Source: Balamuthia mandrillaris
Lineage: Eukaryota
Length of the DNA: 64,000 bases
Assembly: GCA_031835245.2 (NCBI GenBank)
Contig: JAVKOQ020000001.1
Location: forward strand, 434,001 to 498,000
Reading direction: 5' to 3'
Shown: piece after piece, positions 30,112-43,958 of the stretch
Layout of the letters: the number at the start of each line of letters is the position of its first letter
Position numbering within the stretch: the stretch's first letter is position 1
Translations under genes and position numbers: made by a program
The notes under the pieces: model-generated
Database searches by the model: none
Told to the model about the DNA's origin: nothing
Seen by the model: only the letters and a program-made list of their open reading frames with translations

Positions 30112-30267
30112 ATGGTGGGCTTTAAAAGAGGAGGAGACAAAGAGAAAGGGAACGACGAAGAGAAGAGAACTACGAAGAGAATAGAGGATGAAAGGAGCAA
30201 GAAAGTAGGAATAAGAGGTTTTACAGGGTGGACAGCATTTCAAATAAAGTTCTCAACTGTTGTTGAT

Positions 30268-31743
30268 TTAGAGCTTAGCTCCAGCAGCACGCATGAGGCC
30301 TTCCTTGACGCGAGCGCCATAGTCCCTATCGGCCTTGCTGAAGATGGCGACCATTCTCTCCTGAATATCAGCCCTAGCGTTCTTCAGGTGTCCCACAATG
30401 TTGGAGATGAGGCGAGAGCGTTGCTCGGGAGTCATGAGGCGATAGAGATTGCCTGGCTGCTCAAAGTCCGAGTTGGGGTGGTTGGGAGTGTACCTGCCAA
30501 CGGTGCCGGCCACGTCAAAGGGGCTGGTGTCAGCTTCGCCAGAGTCGCTGGAGGAACCGAGGGGCTTGGGGGAGGTTTCATCGCTGTTGGGGAAGTAGTT
30601 GGAGCTGCTGCCGCCGTTACCGTTGACAGCCATGAAGCCGTCGCGCTGATAGTTGCGCACGCGGGTGGCGTAGGGGCAGTTGACAGGGATCTGCAAAAAG
30701 TTGGGACCCAAGCGATGGCGGTGGGTGTCGGGGTAGGAGAAAAGACGACCCTGGAGCATCCTGTCGGGGGAGGGCTCGATGCCGGGGACAAGGGAAGAGG
30801 GAGAGAAGGCAGCCTGCTCAATCTCGGCAAAGTAGTTCTCGGGGTTTCTGTTGAGGACCAACCTGCCGAAGGGGATCAAGGGGTAGTCACCATGAGGCCA
30901 GACCTTGGTAATGTCGAAAATGTCCCACTTGTACTTGAGGCCGTCCTCGACGGGCATGGCCTGAATGTAGCAGGTCCAGGCGGGGTGGTCGCCCTTGGCG
31001 ATGGCGTTGAAGAGGTCCTCCTGGTAGTAGTCAGGGTTATTGCCAGCAATGCGGTCAGCCTCCTCCTGAGTCCAGTTCTCGATGCCCTGCTCGGTCTTGA
31101 AGTGGTACTTGACCCAGTACTGCTTGCCGTCCTTGCCCACGTTCTTGAGGGTGTGGCTGGAGTAGCCGTTCATGTGGCGGTAGGTCTTGGGAACGCCGCG
31201 GTCAGAGAAGAGAATGGTGACCTGGTGGAGGGACTCGGGGACCAGGCTCAAAAAGTCCCAATACATGTTGGCGTCCTTGAGGTTGGTCTGGGGGTTCCTC
31301 TTCTGGGTGTGGATGAAGTCGGGGAACTTTTGGGGGTCGCGGATGAAGAAGACGGGGGTGTTGTTGCCCACCATGTCCCAGTTGCCCTCCTCTGTGTAGA
31401 ACTTGACGGCAAAGCCGCGAGGATCACGCACAGTGTCGGCAGAGCCCTTCTCTCCACCAACGGTAGAGAAACGGGTGAGCACGGGGGTCCTCTTGCCCAC
31501 TCGGTTAAGGAACTTGGCCCTGCAGTACTTGGTGATGTCGTGAGTGACCTCAAAGTAGCCGTGAGCGCCAGAGCCCTTGGCGTGGACCACACGCTCAGGA
31601 ATCCTTTCCCTATCAAAGTGGGCCAATTTGTCAATCAATTGGAAGTCTTGGATCAAGACGGGGCCACGAGCGCCAACGGTCAAGCTGTTGTTGTCGTCAT
31701 TGATGGGGGCACCATCCGCAGTGGTCAAGGTTACTTTCGACAT
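30268..31743 (-). CDS. CAT: Monofunctional heme catalase, peroxisomal, intronless
   Basis: [15 protein letters not shown] active-site motif, RLFSYPDTH proximal Tyr motif and C-terminal AKL (PTS1). Start taken at MSKVTLTT. Confidence 0.97.
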   Translation of the reverse strand: MSKVTLTTADGAPINDDNNSLTVGARGPVLIQDFQLIDKLAHFDRERIPERVVHAKGSGAHGYFEVTHDITKYCRAKFLNRVGKRTPVLTRFSTVGGEKGSADTVRDPRGFAVKFYTEEGNWDMVGNNTPVFFIRDPQKFPDFIHTQKRNPQTNLKDANMYWDFLSLVPESLHQVTILFSDRGVPKTYRHMNGYSSHTLKNVGKDGKQYWVKYHFKTEQGIENWTQEEADRIAGNNPDYYQEDLFNAIAKGDHPAWTCYIQAMPVEDGLKYKWDIFDITKVWPHGDYPLIPFGRLVLNRNPENYFAEIEQAAFSPSSLVPGIEPSPDRMLQGRLFSYPDTHRHRLGPNFLQIPVNCPYATRVRNYQRDGFMAVNGNGGSSSNYFPNSDETSPKPLGSSSDSGEADTSPFDVAGTVGRYTPNHPNSDFEQPGNLYRLMTPEQRSRLISNIVGHLKNARADIQERMVAIFSKADRDYGARVKEGLMRAAGAKL

Positions 31744-32318
31744 GATCGTGTGGATTGGATTTGGGAGCAGCAGAGAGGGGGGGTGTGTAGGCTCTGCTAC
31801 TTTTTTTTTCCTCTGAAAAAAAAAAAACAAAAACAGGAACCCAAAGGAAAAAAAAAAATATTTAAGGAGCAAGTAAAATTTTCCTTTCGAGGTCATGGTG
31901 ACGTAAAGAAGGAAAATTTTGCCGACACATTAAGTCGCCATTGGGTTGCGCCAGCCAATCACCATGGCTCTCGGAAAGAACACGGAAAAAAAAAAGTGGG
32001 GGATTAATCCCTAGGAGGGGGGAAGGAAAAAGGGTGTGGGCGGGTACACCCCCTCCTCCAACCGGCACAAACCGTTTGTGTGACATGTTTTACGTTATGG
32101 GGAGAAACGCAAGATAAACGGTTATGAAGGGAGGGGGGGGGTGCTTGTCGGGCACAAGCATTCCGTTACGGAACATGTGATTTTTCAGTCCCCCTTTTGC
32201 TTTTGTCATTTGATTGAGGGGTGCTTTTGAAAATTTGTGGTCGAATTGTGTTGACGATGTCGACAAAAATAGAAAACAGAGAAGAAAGAAGCGACACGAG
32301 TAAGAACGAAAAACAAAC

Positions 32319-32343
32319 ATGGTAGCGCTGATTCTTCCCTTGT

Positions 32344-32381
<38 letters not shown>

Positions 32382-33153
32382 TCTCTCTTCTACTATCGCT
32401 TTCTTAAAAATTTATTTCTTGTCTTATTCTCTGCCCATCTCTTCGCTGTCGCTCCTCTATATCCTTCGCTGCCCGATTCTCTTGTTCTCCTTTTCATTCT
32501 CTCCTTCTTTGTTCTTTCCTTCTTCCCTCTGGATCACTTTGCGCGAACTTAACACTGTTGTTGCAGGAAGGTGAGGAATTAGCTGCTGTGGAGGGACAAG
32601 TAGGAACGCTGACCATGGACTTGTCTGGTTCGGTTCTCCATGTACGTAACAAAACCATCACAGTTTCCCTTCAGCACACCTCGTTGATAGTGCCCTTGTT
32701 ATCCTAAAGAGTTCTGGAGAGCTCGCAAGCGACGATGAAGCTCCAAAGATCTTGTACAGAATGCTCCAGGACTCAAATGCCCTCATCACCTCCGCTGGCG
32801 AGGAAAACTCATTCAAAAGGCTGACAAGTGTGTACTTTCTGTTCTTGTTATTTGCCTTCCTCTTCCTCTTCCTCTTCCTCTTCCTCTTCCTCTTCCTCTT
32901 CCTCTTCCTCTTCCTCTTCCTCTTCCTCTTCCTCTTCCTCTTCCTCTTCCTCTTCCTCTTCCTCTTCCTCTTCCTCTTCCTCTTCCTCTTCCTCTTCCTC
33001 TTCCTCTTCCTCTTCCTCTTCCTCTTCCTCTTCCTCTTTGTTAGCGCTATAACATTTGACCGACTATTATTCTCAAAAGTTACCAACTCCAAGCATTGTT
33101 TCGTGGTTGTTGTTTCCAAGGATCGTGTACTTGCCGTCAAGAAGAAACTCTAA
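32319..33153 (+). CDS. LAMTOR4: Ragulator subunit LAMTOR4-like roadblock protein (spliced; missed as a unit by the ORF track)
   Basis: Manual splice gives M|EGEELAAVEGQVGTLTMDLSGSVLH|SSGELASDDEAPKILYRMLQDSNALITSAGEENSFKRLT|..HCFVVVVSKDRVLAVKKKL. This matches the LAMTOR4 pattern (VLxSSGxL...FKRLS/T...VxVK). Confidence 0.75.
32856..33036. repeat. (CTCTTC)n hexamer microsatellite inside the LAMTOR4 intron
   Basis: About 30 perfect tandem copies are visible. Confidence 0.95.
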
Positions 33154-33262
33154 AACCAAAGCCGAAAGCCTTTCACTGCTTATTCTCTTTTTCTTTCTCC
33201 TCTTTTCTATTTATTCACAAAAAAACAAAAGTTAACTCTACTTGCGTTTCGCTTCAGCAAGT

Positions 33263-34042
33263 TCAATAGCCGTCATGATAGCCTTCCTCTCCTCCTTCGC
33301 CATAGTAGTACTGCCCCTCCCCTTCCCCTTCCCCTTCACCATAGTACTCTCCGTTGTCATACTGGTATTCCCCACCCTCTCCTTGGCTGTAGTCATAATG
33401 ACCACCGTCACCCGCAGTTGCATCCCAACCACCACCCGCTGCTGTGGCTCCTGGTGGTAGCCGTGGCAAGGGTTTGCTGCCACCTTGTTGTTGTTGTTGC
33501 TGTTGCTGCTGCTGAGGCAAAGAAGGCAACTTTTTCCCTCCTCCTTTTGGTTGCTGTGTTTGCTGTTTTCCTGCCCGGTCCATTCCCGCACTGCTGCTGC
33601 TCCCTGCCGCATAAGGGTTATAAATACGTTGTTTGCCTTTGTCACTGGTGGACGTGCTGCCGCCGTCCATGGAGCTGAGGTCGATGCCCTGAGCCAGCAT
33701 GCGACTCATTCGAGGGGCGGGAAAGTCCTCCTCCTCTGCTGCCTTGGCAACAAAGGTGCTGATCTCTTCCTCTTCTTTGTTCTTGGTGCTGGTGCCCTGC
33801 TGGCTGCTGCTGCCCTGTTCTTCCCAGGCGTAGGGCGTGCCTGCAGCGGCTCTGTCCAGGTGAAGGTGAAACTGTCGCGTCTCCCTCTTTCGCGCCTTCA
33901 CGATCTGCTCGTAGCAGTTGTCGCAGTACTGGGCCCCAATGTAGATCTTGGTGCCTGGCCCTCCATTACAGTGGTTACACTTGGCGGAAGGGTCGAACGC
34001 CACTTCCTCCGTGTCATCTGGTCTCGTCCAAATGCAACCCAT
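33263..34042 (-). CDS. Hypothetical lipid-anchored protein with a CxxC..CxxC motif, PxxP motifs and an acidic Tyr/Gly tail
   Basis: MGC start, CNHC...CDNC, KKLPSLP and KPLPRLPP, polyQ, and GEYYGEGEGE tail; single open frame. Confidence 0.65.
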   Translation of the reverse strand: MGCIWTRPDDTEEVAFDPSAKCNHCNGGPGTKIYIGAQYCDNCYEQIVKARKRETRQFHLHLDRAAAGTPYAWEEQGSSSQQGTSTKNKEEEEISTFVAKAAEEEDFPAPRMSRMLAQGIDLSSMDGGSTSTSDKGKQRIYNPYAAGSSSSAGMDRAGKQQTQQPKGGGKKLPSLPQQQQQQQQQQGGSKPLPRLPPGATAAGGGWDATAGDGGHYDYSQGEGGEYQYDNGEYYGEGEGEGEGQYYYGEGGEEGYHDGY

Positions 34043-34476
34043 ACGCGAGAATAAGAAGAGACTGAAACAAACACCCTTTTGTTGGACAGACTGCTGCTCA
34101 GCAGGAAACCTAAGGCAAGACAGCAAAAAGCTGCTCCTCCTTTCTCGTTTTCTCTCTCTCCGTAATAATGTCTTTCATTTCTCCTATCGAGTCGACGTGA
34201 TAATTAACGGGGGGGCAAAAAAAGCAAAGCAAAAAGGAACAGAAAAACAACAAAGAAAACACACACAAGGAGAGTTTAAGTTTTAAAGGGGACGTTTGGG
34301 TTGACGCTTTTTTTTAAAAAAACACTTATGGAGGCAAGAGTGGAGGAAGAGAGACAGACCGTTTCTTCAAACTCGTCCTTTTCTTCCCCTCGCCTCCTCA
34401 CCACCATAATCAAGAAACACACAAAACTAAAGAGAGCGAAAGAAACAGAGAGAGAAAAAAAGGTGCGGGGCAAACT

Positions 34477-35340
34477 TCAAAAGAGTGAACACCTTCCCTT
34501 CTTCTTTCCTCCCTTTCCGGTCTTGGGGGCTTGTTGAGGGTGCTTCTCGCGCCACTTGTTGATTCGGTGAACGAGTTTGAAGAAGGCCTCATTGACGTTG
34601 GTGTTGGTCTTGGCGGAGGCCTCCAAAAAGTCGCAGTTGAACTTCTCAGCCAGAGCCTCACCGTCATGGGGCTGTACCTCGCGGTCCTCCTCCAAGTCCT
34701 TCTTGTTGCCAACAAGGATGATGGGGATGTCGGGCCTATCCTCCTGCACCCTCAAGATCTGGTTCCTAAACTTGGTCACGGCCTCGAAGCTTGTTTGCGT
34801 GGTAATACTGTACACGATAAGGAACCCTTGACCTGTCTTCATGTATTGATCTCTCAGAGCCTGTAATTTCAGGTATAATCGTTATGTTAGACTTTGTTTG
34901 AAAAAAAAGTCTACGGGGAAACAGGAGGAGAAAATGGGTAACGTACGCCAAACTCTTCCTGACCAGCAGTGTCCATAATATCAAGGGTACAGGCAACTCC
35001 GTCCACCTCTACTTGTTTCATCTGATGATTACACGATGAGAATCTTGGTGTATTTTTTTTCCGAGGCAGAGAGAAAGGAGAACCAGAGAAGAAAAGAGAG
35101 AGGAGCAGAGAGCTGTGACGGTGGAAAATGGGGGAGAAAAGGGAAGAAGAGTGGTAGGAAAGGGGGAGGGATCGAAATAAGACGTACATAGCTGTCTTCT
35201 ATCGTTGGATCGTATTTGGTGAGGAAAGTGCCTTGAATGAACATGACAGTGAGGGCTGATTTGCCCACACCACCAGCTCCTACTACTACAATTCGGTATT
35301 CATTGTGAGAACCGGCGCTCGCTACGGGTTTTGTGGCCAT
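34477..35340 (-). CDS. Ras-subfamily small GTPase (3 exons)
   Basis: [32 protein letters not shown], polybasic region and CSLF CAAX box. Confidence 0.95.
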
Positions 35341-35736
35341 GCTGACGGATTAATGTGAAAGCGGTGTTTGTACAACCAAAAAAAAAAGAGAGAGCTCTGC
35401 AAAGAGATGAGGAGAAAAAAAAAGGGGAGAGTTAAGCAATGAGGAAAGGGGAAAAAAAAATAAGTGAATGCATCCCAATCCCCCCCCAAATAGTCTAACT
35501 CCTCTTCCCACTTCTGGGACGCGACTTTTTGGGAAGGGGCGAGAGGAAAGGGTGAGCACAGGAGTTTGGTACCTTGGAGAGGAAAACAAAAAATAAAATC
35601 GGACAATGAGAGAAAAAAAAAAGCAAACTTAAATCAATGTGTAGGTTCCACGCCGTAGGCTTCCGTGTTACAAAGCGAAAATTATTGAGCATAAGAAAAG
35701 TTTGGCGTGTTTTTTTTTTTTTGGATTGAGAGAGAC

Positions 35737-35781
<45 letters not shown>

Positions 35782-36519
35782 AAAAAAAACAAAGTCAGCA
35801 ACGTTCCGCCACAAAAAAAAAAAGATAAATAACCAAAAGATTCTCCCAAAGAAGATGAAAAAAGAAAACAAAAGAGGAACATACAGGTAACTTGGGGTCA
35901 GGAGAATTCTTCCAACAGAGAGAAAAAAAAAACCTAACCAAGCTTCTTACGGAGAGGCGCACCACCAAAAGGTCACAATTAATTTTTTTTTTTTGCCTTG
36001 TCTTTCTTTTTCTCCTTCTTGAAAAAAAAACTTATTTTGCTGTGCTACGCAACCAACAAACAAAGGCACACACAACACACACACACCCTTCAATGTGTAT
36101 TATTATTTTTTTGTGAATCAATTTTTTTGTTGTGCATTATTATATAGGTTTTATTTTTGGCTCTGCGGAGCACCTCAACAGCGAACTGACCGCACCGCTA
36201 AACCGTCCTAATTTGGGTTGCCTGGAGGAGGCGCGCGGGCATTGGACACACCCTCTCCCCGATAGACCACCATTCAAGGCGCCTTTCCCCCCGTTACCCA
36301 ACGGCCAGCAATTTTGTCAATTTGTTTTTTATTTGCGGTTGTCGTGGAGACCGATAAGTCGACACAAAACTTCCTGAAATTTAGCCACACATATTAACTA
36401 TGAGGTACCTTAAACATATGAGGTTGTCTGAATGGATCATTATGAAAAGAGGGAAAAGAAAGTAACGAGGAAGACTCGAGGAAGGTCAGCAAACGGGCAG
36501 CGTGTTGCGTGGAGGCGGG

Positions 36520-38673
36520 ATGAGGGCCTCTCCTCTGCTTTCCACTGTGCTGGTGCTTTGCCTGTTGTTGCGGTTCTCTGCCGCGGAGACCCACCACCAC
36601 CACCACAGCAACACGACGACCTCGCCCCCGCGGCTACGCTTCGGCCATCAGGTCTACCTTCAGTCCGCCAATGCGTTGGACGTGGTGGTCAACAACAGGA
36701 CTCTGGCCAAAAACGTGGACTACAACACCTTCACCGGCTTCTTCTCCCTGCCCGCCGCTCCGGAGCCGACCAAGAACGACACCTACTACTACAACCTGAC
36801 CCTGCTGGAGGCTGCCTCGCAGAAGGTCTTGGCCTCTTTTCCGGGGTTGACCTTTGCGCTTGGCACCGCGCACACCGTGGTGGCGTTTGTGGAGGTTGAT
36901 GCCGCCGTGTCGAACATTTCCATTGTTTCCTACCTGGTCAATACTACTCGACCCAAAGGTCTTTCTTTCTTTCTTCTTGTTCTGCTTGCTTCTTTCCTTC
37001 GTTCTTCTTTCCTCTTGCTTTGTTCTTCATTCTTCTTCATTCTTCTTTCCTCTTGCTTCGTTCTTCTTTCCTAGGTCTTCATTCTTCTTTCCTCTTTCCT
37101 CTTCTTCTTTATTCTTCAACTTCTTTTGCTTATAAAGTAGCTCAAACCATGGACAACAGAGTTTGGGATGGACAAGGCAAAAGTGCAGATGCTCAATCTC
37201 TTATCGCGACACGAGTATGTAACGGTGCTTGGCTCTAGTTCCATTTGTCATGACTGCCTTTACCTCCCCGTCTTCTCCGAGCCTCTCTCTCGTTCTCTCG
37301 CAGTGGCCTCCATTGACACCAACTTCGAATTCCGGTTTCACGTATTTAACTCTCTCAAACTCTCTTTTATCCTTTTTTTTTCTTTTTCTTATCTTCTTTA
37401 TGTTTTCTCTCTGCTTCTAACAAAAGCAAACAAAAACAAAGGTTATGACGAACGACTCTGACCGAGCGGCTCTAGCTTTCTCGCACAAGTTTGACGAATA
37501 TGGCACGTACACGATCTTCATTACGGACAGCGTGGATGGAGATCTCGTGGTTGAAAGGGTTCTTCAAGAACGAGAAGGAGTGGACTCCAACTTTGCCTTT
37601 TACATGGCGTTATGCGCCATTTTCGGTGCTTTTTTCCTTTATCACTTCACCAAGTTTGTAGTTCTTCGCTGTCATCGTTTCTACAAACGCAGACAATTGC
37701 TTCGTGCTTCTTCGGCCATTGTTGGAAATGACTATGCTGTTCTTATGGATGACGAAGAAGAAGAACAACAACAAGCGAACGGAACCAAGAGCGAACCACA
37801 GAAGAAAAATGACAGGATTCGTTCTTTGGACGCATTCAGAGGGCTCAGTATAGTCATCATGATTTTCGTCAACTATGGAGGAGGAGGATACTATTACTTG
37901 AACCACTCCATCTGGAACGGCCTCACTGTTGCTGACCTAGTCTTTCCTTGGTAATTTCTATGCCCTTCTGTGCTCTGAATTTCCCTACAAACAAGCTAAC
38001 CTTCATATTATATAGGTTCATTTGGATAATGGGAACATCAATGGCTCTTTCTTTCAACACAACCAAACAACAGCAAAACAAAGCCAACCGTTGGAGCATC
38101 TTCTTACGCATCGTCCGTCGCTCCATCATTCTCTTCGGCCTTGGCCTCTGGTTGAACAACGGATACGACTACAAGCATTGGCGCATTCTCGGCGTGCTGC
38201 AACGTTTTGGAGTGGCCTACTTTGTTGTTGGTTGCATCGCTTTGTTCGTTCCAAAACTGGATCTCTTTGCCAACAAAAGCACAAACAACGACAGGAAGCG
38301 CGAGGAAGAAGACGAAGAAGGCGAGGATGAAAGTTTGCCTCTTTATAACGAAGACGGAACAACGGGATTGGACTCAGAGGTGTCTTTGTTGTTGGCCTCG
38401 ATAGAGGATAAAGACCAAGGAGGCGCTCGCAATAGGGGCTCTCATTCCATCAACAGACACAACAGCAGTGGCGGAGCGAAAAGGAGGAAGAGAAAGAAGA
38501 GTAATGTTTTTGCGGGATGGCTGAAGAGTGGAGAAGGGAACGGTTTTATGGAAAGTCATTTCAGAGATATCTTGCCCTATTGCTTCGAGTGGTTGATCGC
38601 TCTTTCTTTGCTTTTGGCTTATTTGCTCATCACGTTTCTTGTTTCTGTTCCGGATTGGTAACATTCCTTCCCC

Positions 38674-38714
<41 letters not shown>

Positions 38715-39446
38715 TGACATTCTTGAAACAGTGGTAGAGGTTATTTGGGACCTGGTGGCATTGGTGTGTATTCCCCTGCTCCCTTCCTCCTTCCCCACTC
38801 ATCGTCCTTTTTCATCTGCGCAATATATTAAAAGGTGATCAGGGACGTTATCAAAACTGTCCGGGAGGAGTAGCGGGCTATATTGATCGCAAGATCTTTG
38901 GAGAGCGGCACATTTTCCAGTCACCCACCTCCATCGCGTATTACCACAGCCCGCCATACGATCCCGAAGGTTCCTCTTTCTCTCTCCTCTCTCCTCTCCT
39001 TTGTTTCTTTTCTTTCTCAACAAGAAACACAAATTAGGAGCACTTGGCAATCTTACGTCCATATTTCTGGTGTTCATGGGACTTCAAGCTGGTCGTACCA
39101 TGGTTCACTATCGCAAAGGCGCCTCGTTGATCCTAAGATGGGTGGCATGGGGTATATTCTTTGGCAGCATGGCCCTGCTACTTTGCAAAGGACAACAAAA
39201 CGACGGATGGATCCCCGTCAACAAGAATCTCTGGTCTCCTTCCTTCATCTTTGCCACTGGAGGAGGTATCCCTTTGCTTCGTTCCTCTGCTTCTCTGCTT
39301 CTCGCGAACTTTATCCTCTTTTTTAAACAGGGGCGTTTGTGCTGTTGGCGTTTTTCTTTGTTGTTATCGATGGGCTCAAGTGGTGGGGCGGAGCACCATT
39401 GTCCTTTGTTGGCATGAACCCAATCGTGATTTATCTCGGACACGAG

Positions 39447-39488
<42 letters not shown>

Positions 39489-39688
39489 TCACTCTCACTC
39501 TTCCTTTTTGTTTCTCACAAACTCCAACTCTGTTTGGCTAGGCGTTGAGCTCGTTCTTCCCGTTTTCATATCAGTTTTATGGTTACACCACCCACACCGA
39601 GCTGCTCGTCGGCAACCTCATCGGCGTCACAAGTTGGGTTCTCATTGGGTTCTGGATGTATTGGCACGACTTTTTCATCTCCGTTTAG
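36520..39688 (+). CDS. HGSNAT: Heparan-alpha-glucosaminide N-acetyltransferase
   Basis: Signal peptide, [57 protein letters not shown]. Confidence 0.92.
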
Positions 39689-39748
39689 ACAAAACAAAAA
39701 CTTGCTCTCTCCTCTCTTTGTTTTAGTGCTTGAAATAGAAAGAAAGTG

Positions 39749-41474
39749 TTATAACGTTTGCAGGTGAATGCCTTGTCCCCAAAGACCACATGCCATCTTT
39801 TCATGATCGTACTGCAGGCAGGTAGGAATCGCTCCAACGACCCATTCCTGCAACATCTTCAACTCTCCTTCTTGCTGTTGGAGCAGACCGTAGGCGACGA
39901 GCCGCTTTGATGCTCCGCAAACGATCTTGGCGTCGTCGAACTGAAGGCAGGTAATGGGGCCGCGTGTCTCCACTTTGTGGACGGGAGGACCGAGCTTGCG
40001 CACTTCCCAATATCTCAACACGCCTTCCCTGTTTGTGTCGTAAATAACTTCTTTCAGCTCTTTCTCCGAAAACAAAAGTAAAACAGAAGAAAACATACGA
40101 GGTGCCAGTAACAAAGTAGTTGCCGCCTTGATAGTCCAGCGAACGAACAGCCTCTCCTTTGTGCTCATACTCGTGTGTCTTTTGTCCACTCCGCACATCC
40201 CTTTTGTTGGTTTTTTTTTTTTTTTAGTTTTGTTTGTTTCCGACAGGTAACAAAAGAAGAAACCAGCACACCGAACAAAGAAAGAAGGAATGGAACAACA
40301 TACCATATCTTTTTGAAACCGAGGTAAGTTTAGTTGCCCATCGTCATCATCAAAAACAGTGCTGTTAGTTCATCAACACAAAGCGAAAAGAGAGCGAGGA
40401 AAAGAGAAAGAGAGTACAATTGCTCCAGAGGATTCGCCGCCGGATATCAACATCTTGTCCTTTATCTTGAGCCCATAAATACGATCAGCAGTGACGGGAG
40501 GCAAAGCAAAGGTAGAAGAAAAGGTTTGCAGCGGCTTTCCTTCCCCTCCTCTCGTCACATCGCTCAGCACTATCAATCCATCGTGTCCACCTGTTGCCAG
40601 CGTTAACGTTGCAGCACTGCCGCCCTTCTCTCCTCCTTCGCCCACGTCCTCAAAGCACGCCATCGACCAAACGAAGGCAGAGTGTGAGCACCACCAACTT
40701 AGCTTTTGTAATGTCTGGCGATCACGTATCGCCACCGCTCCTGTTATGGCTCCGCGTTAACAAAGCAAAGAATAGAAGCAAAGCATCAAAGAGGAAAGGA
40801 GAGAGAAGAAGCAACGAAGCAAAGAGCAAGCAGAGGAAGAAAGAAGAACCTTTGTGGTGACCAGTGATCAACACGCGAGGCAACAACAACACGGAGCTAG
40901 CCTCCCCCAACTCCGCATCCATCTCTGCCCAGCGCGTGGGCGGCACCTCCAAGCTCAGATGCGAGCGCGCTTCTTCTTCTGCTCCTCCCTCTCCACCCTT
41001 TCCTTCAACCCATCGCGTGAGCAAGACCGTGTTGTCGGTGGCGCCGGAGACAAGCTCCTCCTCATCAAAGTGAAGCGAGCGAACGCTGCGATGAAACTTG
41101 AAGGTGCCGCGGTGGGCCAGCCCCTCCGCTTTACGCTGCCATCTCCACGTTTGGCTGTACTTTTCTCTCCATCCAAAACCTCCTCCTTCGTCTTCTGCTC
41201 CTTCTTCCTGTTTTGGTGTGGAAGAAGACGAAGAAGAAAGAGAAGCTGGAAGATTACGACGACGCCGTCTTTTGTGATGATGGGAAGAAATCAAATGAGA
41301 GGAACACATGCGGCGCCGCGCAAAGTCTCGCCAGTAGAGCGTCCCCCAAAAACTGTCCGAGGAGGCAATGTCTCTCCAGCGGCGGCAGGTGAGCATCACC
41401 GCGGCAAGCTGCTTGCCGCTGACCAGCCCGAGGATGTGGTACTGGATCTCCACCGGCAGGTCCAACACTTCCAT
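39749..41474 (-). CDS. F-box/WD40 protein
   Basis: F-box DLPVEIQYHILGLV...TCRRW. WD-like repeats VRSLHFDEEELVSGATD, LATGGHDG and ITCLQFDDAKIV. Confidence 0.8.
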
Positions 41475-41789
41475 CCCTTTTTATTTTCTTTTCTCTTTGG
41501 TGTCGACAGAAAAAACTAATAAAAATAATAATCGATAAATATATTTTTCCTTGTTGGGTGGTCGCACTCTGTGATTTGTCTACAAAAAATGCTTTGTCGA
41601 TAAAGTAATGGAAAATTATTTGATATTTTGTCTCGACAGTCTTTGCGCTGGGTGGGTTCTTTTGATGTCTAGGGTTTTGCCGTCTTTCAGTAGACAGTGG
41701 ATTCATACATCTTTTCCCCTTCCAATTCTTCAAGCGCGAAAAAAGAATACTTATATATTGTTGTTTATTCAATAAATAAAACAAAAGCG

Positions 41790-43134
41790 TTACTCTCCAT
41801 TATTGGTTGGGGCGCCCGTGGAATGCTCTCCGCTCCGTTGCTTCTCGTCAAAATAATGGTCGTAGAAGCAGTCCTCCTCATCGTAGGTCTCTTCTGCTCC
41901 ACCAAGATAAACAGCTGTGGCCACATTTCTCTCCGAGGACTTTGAGGTCAGCATCGAGGAGGAAGAGCTTGTGGTGGGCGCTCGACTGGATGACGCTTTC
42001 GTTTTCACTTTATTGGAAGAAGAAGTAGGTGATTTAGAAGAAGAAGAAGAATGATGTTGTTGTTGCGTCTTTATCAATTTCTTCATTTTTTGCTTCTTTC
42101 GCTCTATAAACTTTGTTATTGGGACGATCCACCGTTGCTTCTCTTGTTCGTAAGAGTTGTTGGTGTTGCTGCCGCATGTTTTGAAGCAGTAGTCACGGTT
42201 GACGGTGATGAGCTTGAACTTGGGGCTGTCGGGAGGTCCTTCATCCACTACTGTTACTTCGTTCAGGTCTATGATGCCACTTGGAATCGTGTCCTGTTTT
42301 AAAGATGAAGAGAGGAAGAAAGAAGATATGGTCGAAAGAAATAAGAACGCAGAAGGAAGAATGAAGGAAACGGAAGGATAATGAAAGAAGCAGAAAGTAC
42401 GTTGGGAGATGTAAGGTAGAAAAGGACATCGGCTTTAATGATGCACCACCGCTTTTGCCATTTCTTGTGGAAGGCAGGACTCTTCTTGAGGAGATAACCA
42501 GAAAGCAGCGGATTGGAGAGGTCCACCGCCTCCGAGAATGATGCTTTAAAAGTCAAAACAGTATCACCTATTCTTACTTTGTCTCCTGTAGATTAACCAC
42601 AAACAACACAAAAGGAAGAAGGACAGAGTCGAAGAATAAAAAGTTAAGTTGATGAAAAAAGAGAATCAAATTGCAAAAGCACAAACCTCTTCGAAGATAA
42701 TATTTCTGTACAGGCGCACCATTCACTCGTGTCCCTTTGGTGGAACATTCGTCACGAAGGATACAAATCCCGTTTTCCTGTGGCCGAACTTCAACGGAGC
42801 AATGTTGCCTTGACACTTCATGATAAACCATTAGCGGAATAAATTCAGAGAGTAAAGAAGAAAAAACATATGAGAATACTAACCACTGCTGTCGTGAACC
42901 ACAATATCATTCTGTGACGAACGACCTATTCTATTTTTGCCAGGGCGGAGCGGAAACTTCTTTTTCTTTCTTCCGCTGGTGAGGATAAAGTGAGGCTGAG
43001 ACAGCGCTCCATACTTGAGTTGCAACGTTGGGTCATTGGCGATCTTCTCGGACGTGGAAGGAGCGTTTTTCGGAACAGTAGCTTTCACATGTTTTCCATC
43101 TAGTAAACAAGAAAAGATAAAATGAGAGAGCAGA

Positions 43135-43199
<65 letters not shown>

Positions 43200-43745
43200 G
43201 AGCAAATGCAACGAATAGAAAAGATGAGGAATGAGAGCGAGAGAGAGAGAGAGAGAAAAAGAAAAAACGAGGGAGGGAGGAAAAAACAAACTGAAGGAGT
43301 CTCTTGGAGTTTTTGCGGAGTAAAAAGAAGGATTGAGTGGGAGTCCTAATTCCAACCAAATGTCAGGATCGTCTTCCGGTTTGCTGGGAGAAGACAAGCC
43401 TCGTGCAATTTTCGCTTTACTGGCTTCCGGTTTGAAGATGGTGTTGTCCGAGCTTGCACGTTCCCGTTCTATTTGCTGGCTGATGGAGGCTAAAGCTGCC
43501 AACAGCTCTTCTTTGGCAAATGCATTGGTTACGCTCTGTTTCAGTTGAGAATCAAAAGGGCGAAGAGAGGATGCTTGAGCATCATCTGTCCCATCACTCC
43601 CTCCCTCCTCGTCGCTTTCTTCCTCTTCCGCCGATTGCTCCGACTCTCGTTCTCGAGTAGTTGCAAACCCTTCTTGATGCTGTTTATCATCTTCGCTGCT
43701 ATACACAACCTTCTTCACTTGGTTGTGCTCAGCTGCTCCTTCCAT
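41790..43745 (-). CDS. FHA plus PH domain protein
   Basis: FHA (IGRSSQNDI, VSRQH, STKGTRVNG). PH (SGYLLKKS...WQKRWCII...LFY, EKQRWI). Start codon is uncertain. Confidence 0.8.
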
Positions 43746-43958
43746 CCTCGTCCCGCACCCTTCGTCCCTCTTCTCTCTATCGTGTCTTTGCTTGAGCCAA
43801 AAAGACTCTTTCTGCTCTATCTCCCTCAAACGGTCGCTCAAACATTGAAAAGGAAATTTTTATCTAAATAAGAAAACATCAAAGCGACGTTTAGTTGAAT
43901 TGTAATGCCAAGAAAAAAAAAAAGAGTGAATGAATAAAAACCAAAAACTAATCTACAC

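Noticed and set aside
30112..32007. 631-aa plus-strand ORF
   Set aside because: Antisense shadow of the codon-biased catalase gene; no recognisable motifs.
32658..33140. Poly-KR, poly-FL and poly-S ORFs
   Set aside because: Translations of the intronic (CTCTTC)n microsatellite.
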